Part shown: piece after piece, positions 20,891 through 30,116 of the stretch
Numbering within the stretch: the stretch's first letter is position 1
Layout of the letters: each line of letters opens with the position of its first letter
From: a virus
Virus record (IMG/VR): IMGVR_UViG_3300028400_000004
Location: 19,754 to 83,753 of that record
Strand: one strand, 5' to 3'
Length of the DNA stretch: 64,000 bases
The notes under the pieces: model-generated
The model's input: only the letters and a program-made list of their open reading frames with translations
What the model was told of the DNA's origin: nothing
Database searches by the model: none
Made by a program: the position numbers and the translations under genes

Positions 20891-21073
20891 TTACTTTAAC
20901 CTGTACTTATCTCTACATCTCGCACAAACACCATCTACCAGTCTAGGGCTTTCTTTATCACAATAATCGCATACTCCAGGTTCTCCTTTAGGAATTTCTC
21001 TATTAACTCTACTAAGGTTGTCCTTCAACCAACGCTCATAATATTCATTTGCAACGTCAATTTTGTCTGCCAT
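20891..21073 (-). CDS. TraR/DksA family C4 zinc-finger protein
   Basis: N-terminal MADKIDVA (DxxDxA) plus CxxC...CxxC. Confidence 0.8.
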   Translation of the reverse strand: MADKIDVANEYYERWLKDNLSRVNREIPKGEPGVCDYCDKESPRLVDGVCARCRDKYRLK

Positions 21074-21103
21074 TAAAATACCTTTTTAATTTGAATTTTC
21101 CAT

Positions 21104-21133
21104 ATTATAACATGACGCAAAACATCATGTCAA
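21104..21133 (-). promoter_or_regulatory. Sigma70-type promoter with a palindromic spacer
   Basis: TTGACA-18 bp-TATAAT with TGn; ACATGA..TCATGT inverted repeat at 21110-21130. Confidence 0.7.
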
Positions 21134-21202
21134 CCTATAAAATATACATAAACTTAATAATAAATATAATATTATTTATATTTATTATGGAGGTACACTT
21201 TA

Positions 21203-21505
21203 ATGATAGACAAAATAAAATACATAATTGAAAACATACCAAGAGATAAAATCCTACACTTCTCTGTAGGTATTTTATTATGTATAAATATAACAACTAT
21301 ATTTTCTATAGTGTTTAATCATGTCAACAAAATAACAGTTTCAATAACCGCTTTCGTAATTACCTTTATTATACTTTATATAGATGAATATTTTATACAA
21401 GCACGTAAGCCTAACAGAAATGCAAAGGATTATAAAGATTTACTAGCAGGAACTTTGGGGGCACTGTCAATAACATCATTTGTTATTTTAATGATATTAC
21501 TATGA
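21203..21505 (+). CDS. Membrane protein (VanZ-like)
   Basis: DKILHF, DEYFIQ and KDLLAG motifs; three hydrophobic segments. Confidence 0.55.
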   Translation: MIDKIKYIIENIPRDKILHFSVGILLCINITTIFSIVFNHVNKITVSITAFVITFIILYIDEYFIQARKPNRNAKDYKDLLAGTLGALSITSFVILMILL

Positions 21506-21735
21506 ACCTAGACAAAAACGAAATGATAAAATTAGTCATATCATCAGTTTTTATAGCAGGGTATTTTATTGTTACTTATATGTTTTTAATAGGTAAAGTA
21601 TCAGTCAAAGAGGAACTAATACCTACATTACAAATAATCATAGGTGTACTTACTGGCGGTGTAGTGCAAGTATTAAATTATTGGATAGGATCGAGTAATG
21701 GTAGTGCGGTAAAAACTAATATGATGAAAAAATAA
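21502..21735 (+). CDS. Holin-like two-TM membrane protein
   Basis: Two TM segments plus VLNYWIGSS..S..K tail. Confidence 0.5.
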   Translation: MNLDKNEMIKLVISSVFIAGYFIVTYMFLIGKVSVKEELIPTLQIIIGVLTGGVVQVLNYWIGSSNGSAVKTNMMKK

Positions 21736-22518
21736 TTACACAAAGTTTCTCATTTTATTATAAGAAATAAATTGAAAATCTAATCCTTCGTCTTTATATA
21801 ACATAACTACGCCAGTCCACCAGTCTCCTATACCTGCACTGTTTTTTGCATACTCTGGAATATAATCAAAATAGTTTCCAACATTTATGGCTATTTTTTG
21901 TTTATAACCATATTCTGTTTTAGTTGACATAATATCTACTCCAATCCTATGTGTGTGTCCAAATACAATATGCGTATTATAAAGTTCTAAGGCTCGTCTA
22001 CAAACATACTTTCCGCTAATAGGTTGGTTAGCTCCATTCATTGGTATATGCGTAAAACCGACATCTTGTATATAATAAGTGTCCCGGTATCCTACAATCT
22101 TCCACCCTTTTTTTCTACAATCCAAGATATCATCTGAATCTATAATACCTTCTATTTGCGGATTTTCATGGATGTATGAAACTAACCTATCCTCATGATT
22201 ACCATAAATATAAACTTTAATAGGGTCATAGATACGTTTCTTGAGTTTCCTTTTCTTTTTATTGTAACTATCAATATAACTATCTATTATATCTAATGAC
22301 TCTTTTCCACTTTCTATTTCAATCATTAATCTTTTTCCCTCTGCTAATAATGGCTTTCCCTTATTATGCCTGCTAACTGAATCTAATGTTAAAAAATCTC
22401 CCATCAATACAATATAATCCGGCTTTTCTTTTATTATAAATTTTCCTAAAACATGGAATCTATCCTTACTGCAACCAACATCATCATGCACGTCGCCTAC
22501 AACTAAAATTTTACTCAT
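21736..22518 (-). CDS. Calcineurin-like metallophosphoesterase
   Basis: GDVH, MGD, GNHE, FTH and GHTH motifs. Confidence 0.9.
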   Translation of the reverse strand: MSKILVVGDVHDDVGCSKDRFHVLGKFIIKEKPDYIVLMGDFLTLDSVSRHNKGKPLLAEGKRLMIEIESGKESLDIIDSYIDSYNKKKRKLKKRIYDPIKVYIYGNHEDRLVSYIHENPQIEGIIDSDDILDCRKKGWKIVGYRDTYYIQDVGFTHIPMNGANQPISGKYVCRRALELYNTHIVFGHTHRIGVDIMSTKTEYGYKQKIAINVGNYFDYIPEYAKNSAGIGDWWTGVVMLYKDEGLDFQFISYNKMRNFV

Positions 22519-22750
22519 TCTTATACCATTCTTTTATGGTATTTAAGTTACTTATACATTGTTTCAAATCATTTTGAATATTTAGTGTATATTCTACCAA
22601 ATCCCTATAAGTTGTTCCATTAAATTCTTTATATTCAATTGAATTTATATCTGGAAATTTGACCTGCCTATCCTCATAAGACTTTACTAAAACCCTATTT
22701 GAGCAGCCTAACAACATCAGCAGGAATAGGACTATCAAGGCATTTTTCAT
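22511..22750 (-). CDS. o-spanin (Rz1-like lipoprotein)
   Basis: Signal peptide with LLGC lipobox; overlaps the i-spanin 3' end. Confidence 0.75.
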   Translation of the reverse strand: MKNALIVLFLLMLLGCSNRVLVKSYEDRQVKFPDINSIEYKEFNGTTYRDLVEYTLNIQNDLKQCISNLNTIKEWYKNE

Positions 22751-23069
22751 TTGGAATCGCCTTTAGACTTTGTAATTTGTTATCCAGTTCCTTATTTTGT
22801 TTTAATATATATTTTATTCTTTTCTCCAATAAAGCATTTCTTCTTTGAAAATCACTTTCAATATTAGATATAGTTAAAGCTAATTCTTTATTGGCTTCTT
22901 CATATAAAGCTAATGATTTTTCTGCATCTATTAATTTAGATTGTAGCCTAAAATAATTTATTATAGTAAAAACAAAAAATATAATAACAAATACCAATGC
23001 TAACTCTTTTTTATTGTTTCTTATTTTAGTTATTATATTTTTTGCTTTCAATAGTAACAATATATTCAT
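22695..23069 (-). CDS. i-spanin (Rz-like)
   Basis: N-terminal TM, coiled coil, C-terminal CLDSPIPADVVRLL. Confidence 0.75.
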   Translation of the reverse strand: MNILLLLKAKNIITKIRNNKKELALVFVIIFFVFTIINYFRLQSKLIDAEKSLALYEEANKELALTISNIESDFQRRNALLEKRIKYILKQNKELDNKLQSLKAIPNEKCLDSPIPADVVRLLK

Positions 23070-23368
23070 TTTATTGTTCTGATAGCATCCCAAACCACCC
23101 TAGCAATTCCAGCAGTAATCATGGTAATCAATGTTATAATCAAAATAGTAACAGACTTTTCTGATAATTTTCTCCACTTCCTTAATGTTATGAAATCAGT
23201 TTGTAACTCTTTTACATTATCAGTATCAAAGCCCAGCTTTTTTAACACTTCGTCAACGGCTTCCTCTGCGGCTTTTTTAGCTAAAGATTCCAACTCAGGT
23301 TTGGATGCTTGAATCGATTTTTCTACAATCGTTTCAATTAAAATGATTTGTTCTTTCTCGTTATTCAT
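23066..23368 (-). CDS. Lysis-cassette membrane protein (possible holin)
   Basis: C-terminal TM; lies between endolysin and spanins. Confidence 0.5.
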   Translation of the reverse strand: MNNEKEQIILIETIVEKSIQASKPELESLAKKAAEEAVDEVLKKLGFDTDNVKELQTDFITLRKWRKLSEKSVTILIITLITMITAGIARVVWDAIRTIK

Positions 23369-23807
23369 TTTTGAATATTTCGTTTATTGTCACATATATT
23401 TGTTTATTATTTTTATTAATACCAGCCCAAGCGGCGGGCTTTCCAATTACCTTATCTTCCCTTACATCTAAATGAAGACCAGGATAAGGTTTCCAATCAG
23501 GATAAACACCAATACCAGTAAATCCTAAACTTCTTGCTAGTATAAACGCTTGCTTCAATTGGGGAATACTTAATCCTACGCCATTTTCATTTACAGGCAT
23601 AATATCTATAGCATTAACTTTTCCCCATTTATTTATATTGTGCTGTGATTCTGAATTATCATTTCTTCCTATAGCACCTTCTGCTGGACTTATAATTATT
23701 CGTTTATGTAAGTGCATCCTATAAATATCTAATAACTTTAATAATATTGGATTTATTTGCTCATACCACCCTCTAAACTCCTCCTCTATAAAATATCTAA
23801 GTTTCAT
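23361..23807 (-). CDS. Endolysin, peptidase M15 family
   Basis: SQH...AIDI and GIGVYP...LHLDVR zinc peptidase motifs. Confidence 0.85.
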   Translation of the reverse strand: MKLRYFIEEEFRGWYEQINPILLKLLDIYRMHLHKRIIISPAEGAIGRNDNSESQHNINKWGKVNAIDIMPVNENGVGLSIPQLKQAFILARSLGFTGIGVYPDWKPYPGLHLDVREDKVIGKPAAWAGINKNNKQIYVTINEIFKNE

Positions 23808-24040
23808 AGTTCCATGCCTGCAAATCTATATCTTACAGGCCAGTTATCCCACAACTTGTATAAAAAGCAATCATCTGGATGATATATTTTTGGTGTTTTT
23901 ATTTTTACTTCTTTAACGCTTATAAGTATCATATCTTCTAATGGATTAGAAAAATCAACCAACATACCTGCCAACGGACCGTCTATCAAAATAGCTTTTC
24001 TCATTTTTATAATATTAGCAATATCTAATTTATTTGACAT
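23804..24040 (-). CDS. Hypothetical protein
   Basis: LIDGPLAG motif; coupled ORF. Confidence 0.55.
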   Translation of the reverse strand: MSNKLDIANIIKMRKAILIDGPLAGMLVDFSNPLEDMILISVKEVKIKTPKIYHPDDCFLYKLWDNWPVRYRFAGMEL

Positions 24041-24341
24041 GTAAATTCACTATTTCAGAAAGAAGCTCATCATCTGTCGTTGGTGCTATAATTTCTATCT
24101 TATAAAACCCTTTAGACATTCCGTTACTCAAAATAATTTGTACTTTTGTTTGATCACTAGACAAAGTAGGATTACCAACAATGGCACTTGAAGTTATATC
24201 TGTACCAGTATCGTCAAATACTTTAACAGATAAATTTCCTTTATTATTAGAAGTAGTTAAATTTTCATTAACATTAAGTGGCCATGTGGAAAAATCTACT
24301 TCAAACAAGAAAAGATCATTTATTAATTTCCACATGGCCAC
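24030..24341 (-). CDS. Putative virion Ig-like structural protein
   Basis: FEVDFS-W start, beta-rich; context. Confidence 0.5.
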   Translation of the reverse strand: MAMWKLINDLFLFEVDFSTWPLNVNENLTTSNNKGNLSVKVFDDTGTDITSSAIVGNPTLSSDQTKVQIILSNGMSKGFYKIEIIAPTTDDELLSEIVNLHVK

Positions 24342-24346
24342 ACCTA

Positions 24347-24823
24347 TTATGCGTACTCAACATTCAAAGTGGCTTGGTCATTTGCCAAGTTAGTAGCACC
24401 TGCATTGACAATACGTTTTACCCAAACTCTGACATAACTACCAGCAGCTACATCAGGCAAGGATAACTTAGTCGTAGCATTGTAATGACCAAAAGTAATT
24501 CCAGTAGGTGCAGTGCTTTCGTCTGCAATTGAAAGGGTACTTCCTACTGAATCTGGCCCCAAATCAAGTTGGGTATCTACGCTAGTAGTTTCTGGGTCAA
24601 CATAAATACTAATTGCAGTAGCAGTAGCATCTCCAGAATTATAAATATCAATGGCACGATATTCTGTATCACCTGCACTTGCTTCAGCGGGGGAAACATC
24701 ATCAAAAAGATTGTTAAGCGCAGTAGTGCTTAATTGTACGCTAGAAGAAGTACCGCCCAAGGAAAGATTGGGGTCTGAATTAGAAGCCCCGCCAGTATAA
24801 CGAAATTCTAGGACAGCAGCCAT
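24347..24823 (-). CDS. Putative virion structural protein
   Basis: SLGG, NNLFDDVS..EA..GDTEYR and VWVKR motifs; GAGGT SD. Confidence 0.6.
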   Translation of the reverse strand: MAAVLEFRYTGGASNSDPNLSLGGTSSSVQLSTTALNNLFDDVSPAEASAGDTEYRAIDIYNSGDATATAISIYVDPETTSVDTQLDLGPDSVGSTLSIADESTAPTGITFGHYNATTKLSLPDVAAGSYVRVWVKRIVNAGATNLANDQATLNVEYA

Positions 24824-24896
24824 TTATTTATTACCTCTTAATTGTATATTTTTGTTTATTTTATGTCACTAAAAAACTACAACAAAATAAAAGTAT

Positions 24897-26201
24897 TTAT
24901 GATCGTTGTTTTGCATAAAAAATTCTATCCCTAGTTTTACTAAAAATCAATCTTTCTCTCGTTGAAGCGTTTATAGTAACCGCAGGTTTCAATTCTAATA
25001 TACCTAGCTTCCAAGCAGTTACTAATAAAGTATTCTTAAATACTTTCCAGGCTATGTTTTTTGTAATCAATGATTTTATATTCCAAGACAAACTTGCTAC
25101 TTTATTTGTTAATATATTCCAAGATGTTGTATTTTTTATTTTATTAAATACCTTCCAATAAGATAAAGCTGTTTTTATTGTAAGTATATTCCAAGACACT
25201 TCATTATAAAAAGTATTTAAAAGTCTCCAAGCAGTAGTTTGTGTTATTTTTGTTTTTACATTCCAACTAGAATTAGAATTATTTGATATTAGTATTTTCC
25301 AAGATGTATCTAAAGAATTATCAGTCTTTATATGCCAAGCAGTGTTTGCTGAAGATGTATTAAATATTTTCCAAGCAGTGTTTATAGAGACTAACCCAGA
25401 AGTAAGTATTCTCCAAGCAGTATCAACAGGCTTCTTTATAAATACTTTCCAAGCAGTGTTATTTGTTATTATATTTTTAATGTTCCAAGCAGTTACTAAT
25501 GTTTTAGCAATAAAAACATTCCATGAAGTATTAATGTAACTTCTATTTTTTATGTACCAAGAAGTTAATACATTTTTTATGGTTCTAATGTTATAAGAGG
25601 TGTTTCTGCTAAATTTTGTTTTTATGTTATAAGATATATCTATTAGCTTATTCCCTAATAAGTTCCATGAAGTGCTTGTGTTTAATCTACTTAATAAATT
25701 CCATGATGTTTGTTTAACATTTTTAGTTAAAATATTCCAAGCAGTATTAATGCTAGAAATAGCAGTAGTTAATATTCTCCAAGAAGTATCTTGCGATTTC
25801 TTCGTAAATATTTTCCAAGAAGTATTGTAATTATTTAAGGTTTGTATATTCCATGAAGAATTAATACTATTTAATGTTTGTATATTCCAAGACGTATTAC
25901 TGTCAACAAAGTTTAATATATTCCAAGAAGTATTATTAACATTTACATTTTTAATATTGTATGAGATGCTAACATTATCTATAGTTTTGAGAAGCCATCC
26001 AATATCAGTTTTGTTTGATGATAATATATTCCAAGAAGTTGCTTTTGAATATAATGTAAATAATTTCCATGATGTAACAGTCGTTAATAAATTATAAATC
26101 GAGCTTGGTTGTTCAGTTAATGGCCCTAAAAATGGCCTTATTTTCCATATACCAGAATTTGAATCTGTCCAAGGTCCCCAAGTATCTAAACGCCAAGCCA
26201 T
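24897..26201 (-). CDS. Trp-repeat protein with about 30 repeats of 12 aa (putative fibre)
   Basis: T-[SA]-[WY]-[NKR]-[ILV] recurs every 12 residues. Confidence 0.75.
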   Translation of the reverse strand: MAWRLDTWGPWTDSNSGIWKIRPFLGPLTEQPSSIYNLLTTVTSWKLFTLYSKATSWNILSSNKTDIGWLLKTIDNVSISYNIKNVNVNNTSWNILNFVDSNTSWNIQTLNSINSSWNIQTLNNYNTSWKIFTKKSQDTSWRILTTAISSINTAWNILTKNVKQTSWNLLSRLNTSTSWNLLGNKLIDISYNIKTKFSRNTSYNIRTIKNVLTSWYIKNRSYINTSWNVFIAKTLVTAWNIKNIITNNTAWKVFIKKPVDTAWRILTSGLVSINTAWKIFNTSSANTAWHIKTDNSLDTSWKILISNNSNSSWNVKTKITQTTAWRLLNTFYNEVSWNILTIKTALSYWKVFNKIKNTTSWNILTNKVASLSWNIKSLITKNIAWKVFKNTLLVTAWKLGILELKPAVTINASTRERLIFSKTRDRIFYAKQRS

Positions 26202-27487
26202 TAAATCACCTCAACGGCTGGGTCAACATAAACTGTGATATTAGGTGAGGCTACATGAAAAACAATTTCTGCATGGGCATCTCCTGCTACATCGGCTGGG
26301 ATGGAAATATCAATATATTGTGCATTTGGCGTTGTTAGTCCAGTCCAAGAACTCGTTGTATCTATGGGTAATGTTGTCCCTGCGATATGCGGAGAAACTG
26401 GATGCGTCTCAACAACAACTCCAAGACCAGTAGAAGGTTTGCGATATTTGGCGACTGCCCAAATATCTTGATCCGTTAAAGTCGCACCACCATCTTGAGA
26501 AAAATAAATGCGAAGCGTTTTCGCAGTAGATAAGTCAAGAATTTTGCGATCGATAGGAATAGCAAAACTTTTAACACCAGTCTTAGTTACTGATGTAGTA
26601 GCTATTGTAATTGATATTGGTGAACCACCTACAACAGCACCACCAGAACGGTAAACAGCGGTCGTAATACTTGCCATACCTTCTGCCCAAACCACATCAT
26701 AACTTCCAGAAGCATTACTATATAAAACTTCACATCCAGATAGAAAATCAGCGCCAGGACTTGTGGTTGAGAATAAAGATACTCCATTAGGTATTGGAGT
26801 ATTTCTAACGATAAGTTTTCCATTACGGGACGCATTAATTAAAGCACCAGACGTCATTGATGAAATATCTAAACCATCTATAACAATATGACCGCCATAA
26901 GGCGCAATTACACCATCAGTTCCAGGATCAGTAGTTATAGTACACCCAATAATTTCAGCATTTGCTTCTCCCAAACATAAAATTCTATATCCAGAAGCAG
27001 GTAAAATATCACAATTTATAATACGAATCCTGGTTGAGTAGGCAGTAGAAGTATTTTGCCTTCCAACTATTTTTATATCTGTATTATTTGTTGAAATTTG
27101 ACAATCATGCAAAAAAATGTCGCAATTTGAATTTGTAGAACCAACATTCATCCAATATCCAGTAGTATTATTATGTATTACTAAACCATAAGCTGCCGCA
27201 GCACCATTAACATTCTGTCCACTGTATTTCCTAAACCCAGCCCCTCGCAGATAAGTCTCATCTCCATTGCCTGTACCTGTGGCCCAATCAACTGAAATGA
27301 TTTCAATTGGAGGACCATTCAATGGATCTGGGCCACTAACTATCTCACTTGTACTATGTGCAGAATCAACCAAAATTCTATCACCATTAGTAAAAGGAAT
27401 AGCTCCTAAAGTAGCATAAGGCAATGCCTTAGTTCCGTCTGCCGTAGCATCATCTCCATTAACACTAGACAAGTAATACAAAGCCAT
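26201..27487 (-). CDS. Putative beta-helix (pectin-lyase-like) spike/fibre protein
   Basis: N-terminal YYLSS..GDD..DGT...PYATL; IINCDI/IIGCTI stacking motifs. Confidence 0.6.
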   Translation of the reverse strand: MALYYLSSVNGDDATADGTKALPYATLGAIPFTNGDRILVDSAHSTSEIVSGPDPLNGPPIEIISVDWATGTGNGDETYLRGAGFRKYSGQNVNGAAAAYGLVIHNNTTGYWMNVGSTNSNCDIFLHDCQISTNNTDIKIVGRQNTSTAYSTRIRIINCDILPASGYRILCLGEANAEIIGCTITTDPGTDGVIAPYGGHIVIDGLDISSMTSGALINASRNGKLIVRNTPIPNGVSLFSTTSPGADFLSGCEVLYSNASGSYDVVWAEGMASITTAVYRSGGAVVGGSPISITIATTSVTKTGVKSFAIPIDRKILDLSTAKTLRIYFSQDGGATLTDQDIWAVAKYRKPSTGLGVVVETHPVSPHIAGTTLPIDTTSSWTGLTTPNAQYIDISIPADVAGDAHAEIVFHVASPNITVYVDPAVEVI

Positions 27488-28014
27488 TAAAAGTTCCCTC
27501 CAGCTTGTTGCATCAAAAGTGATGCTTGAATCGCAGCAGACGCTTTATCTCTCAATGCTTGTATACCTACAGAATCCAATCCTGTAATAGCCATTAATTC
27601 ATTATCTGTAAGAGACTGTACAAGCCTTGCACCAATTATCTTATCTTTAGGGTCTATTGACATAGTTAACTCGTTAAATATACGACCTGCTAATTCTGCA
27701 TATGTCAAGTGTTCGGTTCCTATAGTATTTCCTAAAGAGTCCCGTAAGGGGTTATCTCCCCTACGCAACGCATCTAAAACTTTTAATGTTTCTTGTTCCT
27801 GTTTTAATTTAATTTTATTTATAGCAGCTTTATTTATTAAATAATTTACTTTAGCAGAACTCCATAAATTTGCATTTTTCGGAGCTACTATACGTTCTTT
27901 AAGCGTTTGTCCTGTAGCTACATCTTCCATTGAAAACTCTATAATAACACCACTATTAGTAGGTATAGTTTTTATTATATTTATGTTTCCTATTAATGAA
28001 GAAGCTGGCGGCAT
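27487..28014 (-). CDS. Hypothetical protein
   Basis: 175-aa coupled ORF. Confidence 0.6.
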   Translation of the reverse strand: MPPASSLIGNINIIKTIPTNSGVIIEFSMEDVATGQTLKERIVAPKNANLWSSAKVNYLINKAAINKIKLKQEQETLKVLDALRRGDNPLRDSLGNTIGTEHLTYAELAGRIFNELTMSIDPKDKIIGARLVQSLTDNELMAITGLDSVGIQALRDKASAAIQASLLMQQAGGNF

Positions 28015-28032
28015 TTTTTTATTATTTATTTA

Positions 28033-28272
28033 TTATTTATTAGAAACTATAAGTACACCGACAGACCCAGTTGATGGGTCTTCACAAGTTAAATTTACTT
28101 GTACTTGTCTGCAAGCCTCTGGATCATATACATCGTTACTAGCAAGACAATACTCTCTTAAATTAGCAATTTCATCACCATCTAAACAAACCATAACTTG
28201 AATCCCTTTATCTCCGTAGGCACATCCTACTAATAGCACAAATAAAAACACTAAAATAATTTTATTTATCAT
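28033..28272 (-). CDS. Putative lipoprotein
   Basis: Signal peptide with LVGC lipobox. Confidence 0.55.
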   Translation of the reverse strand: MINKIILVFLFVLLVGCAYGDKGIQVMVCLDGDEIANLREYCLASNDVYDPEACRQVQVNLTCEDPSTGSVGVLIVSNK

Positions 28273-28282
28273 TACAATACCC

Positions 28283-28477
28283 TCATAAAATACTATTTAA
28301 GTAGTCTATAAATTCTACTGAAAACTCATTCTCAACCAAATCCATTGCTACTTTTGCAATCTGTTCTAATTTTTCATTCTCAAAATCTGATTTAATTAAT
28401 ACTTTATTAATAAGATAAAAAAGTTCTGTAGAATTTAATGATAATAAATAATCTTCAATTTCTGTATATTTATTCAT
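28283..28477 (-). CDS. Hypothetical protein
   Basis: First ORF of the leftward unit; GGTG SD. Confidence 0.55.
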   Translation of the reverse strand: MNKYTEIEDYLLSLNSTELFYLINKVLIKSDFENEKLEQIAKVAMDLVENEFSVEFIDYLNSIL

Positions 28478-28584
28478 ATAACCACACCTAATATAAAACT
28501 CAAATTTTAGTTAATAAAGAAAACTTATCATATATGTCAAGACAATTCAAGAAAGGAGAAGTTGATACTGATGCTTGTAAATGA

Positions 28585-28605
28585 AAATGAGAATCATTCT
28601 CATTT
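28585..28605. promoter_or_regulatory. Fur-box-like perfect palindrome
   Basis: AAATGAGAAT-C-ATTCTCATTT; resembles the AATGATAATNATTATCATT Fur consensus. Confidence 0.65.
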
Positions 28606-28703
28606 GGCGGCATAAAAATAAACACCAAGCCACTTTTCAATTACTACTATACTTGCAAAATGCCAATGCTTATTTATTAAGCAAGGGCAATCTTGCCTTT
28701 AAT

Positions 28704-29286
28704 CCTGCAAGGAGACCACCACCTCTGGTATCTAAAAATTAAATATATAAATATAAACGTTAGATTCGTCCTACTTCGTAGGACTCATCTTGTAACAAAA
28801 TATAAATATAAAAATTACCTACAAGGAGAATCTACCTACTTAATTACTTTTAATTATTTAATATATTGTAACGCTAGATTCGTATCACTTCGTGATACTC
28901 ATCTTTTAGCTAAAACAAATTATTATAATTTAATACAAGGAGAACTTAACCACTATTTTCTTATTTATTTCTTATTTAATTAGTATTGTTATCCTCGTAT
29001 CACTTCGTGATACTCGTCTAGTAACTTTACTATAAAATAAAATTTAATTTTTTCCTACAAGGAGATTCTATCCTCTATTAATTTTCTTACTTTGGTTTTA
29101 ATACCTAGTATTGTTAGATTCGTCCTACTTCGTAGGACTCATCTTGTAACTATTACTAATTTATTAAAATTAAAATAATTTATTTTCCTATAAGGAGATA
29201 CATACACTTAGAAATTTTAAATTAAATTTTATTATTTTATATAGAATTGTTATCCTCGCACTACTTCGTAGTGCTCGTCTAGTAAC
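28704..29286. repeat. Tandem array of 5 units (114-136 bp): AAGGAGA box plus 38-bp covarying hairpin
   Basis: Hairpins at 28759, 28873, 28988, 29113 and 29249; AAGGAGA at 28709, 28823, 28937, 29059 and 29192. Confidence 0.9.
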
Positions 29287-29380
29287 TTTTCTAATAAAAT
29301 CAATAACTTATGGTTTTGAGTTTACTCAAACTCAAGACACACTTATCCTTAAATCCCTTTAACTCTGGCCACGTAGCCAT

Positions 29381-29550
29381 TTTATTTCTTTATTTAACTT
29401 CTTTATTCTTTTAATTTCTTTATTTTCTTATTTTTTCTTAATTTCTTTATTTAATCCTTTATTTTTAATTCTTTTAATTCTATCTTTTTAGATACTTCTT
29501 ATTTAATTCTTTATATTTGATTCTTTTAATTTCTTTATTTTATTTTTTTT
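29381..29550. repeat. T-rich low-complexity tract of degenerate TTCTT(T)ATT/TTCTTTTAAT units
   Basis: Almost no G on the + strand over about 170 bp. Confidence 0.7.
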
Positions 29551-29559
29551 ATCATATGT

Positions 29560-30110
29560 CACTCCGTTCTTGCGGATTCTTTCATCCTCGTCGGGCTGTT
29601 CGCCCGACTCGTTTCAAGCATCCGCATGTTCGAACTTACATTCATATTTCAGTTTGTTTAACTTTATGGCTGGCGCGTGGGAAAAAGGCACAATTTGGCC
29701 TAGCAGACCAAAGTTGTACCTGCCAAAAATTTGGCTTTTTTCTTGAAAAAATTAATGAAAAGGCACCTTACCAATGGTTACGTTTTTACACGCGGGGACG
29801 GGAGGCCCGTGTCGCCCCTCTTACACATACTTGGGTATCGCTACGCCTCGGCAGACACATACGACCTGGTAAGTAGCCGTATGGTTCACACCCCTTAATT
29901 CTATGGGGTCTCTTGTAGATTCTTTGCCCTCCGGGCGGCCCGCGGCGATCTACTTACCGCTAGCCTTGTTGCCTCACCCAACCTGCGCAGCATTACCTGC
30001 GCCAGGAATCTAGGCATCTGGATATTCACAAGACCCGTCCAGACCGCGGTATATCAAATTGTAGGGAGAGCACCCGTAACGAAACTCAGCTAGTGCTTGG
30101 TTTCATTACG
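29560..30110 (-). ncRNA. Putative long GC-rich structured RNA (3' boundary uncertain)
   Basis: Starts just after the promoter at 30117-30145; successive hairpins; no credible ORF. Confidence 0.5.
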
Positions 30111-30116
30111 CTAGCA

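Noticed and set aside
28759-29286. Array as hammerhead ribozymes (minus strand GAUGAG-stem-CGAA)
   Set aside because: The core needs CUGANGA and GAAA; units read AAGAUGA/GAAU or UAGACGA/GAGG, and no stems I/III are evident
28759-29286. Array as CRISPR or TIGR array
   Set aside because: Repeats vary by covariation, the intervening DNA is 76-98 bp of low-complexity AT sequence with a conserved internal box, and no cas or Nop-domain gene is in the window
28693-29876. ORFs 28693-28983 and 29517-29876
   Set aside because: They translate the repeat array and structured non-coding DNA; TTG starts without SD and implausible composition
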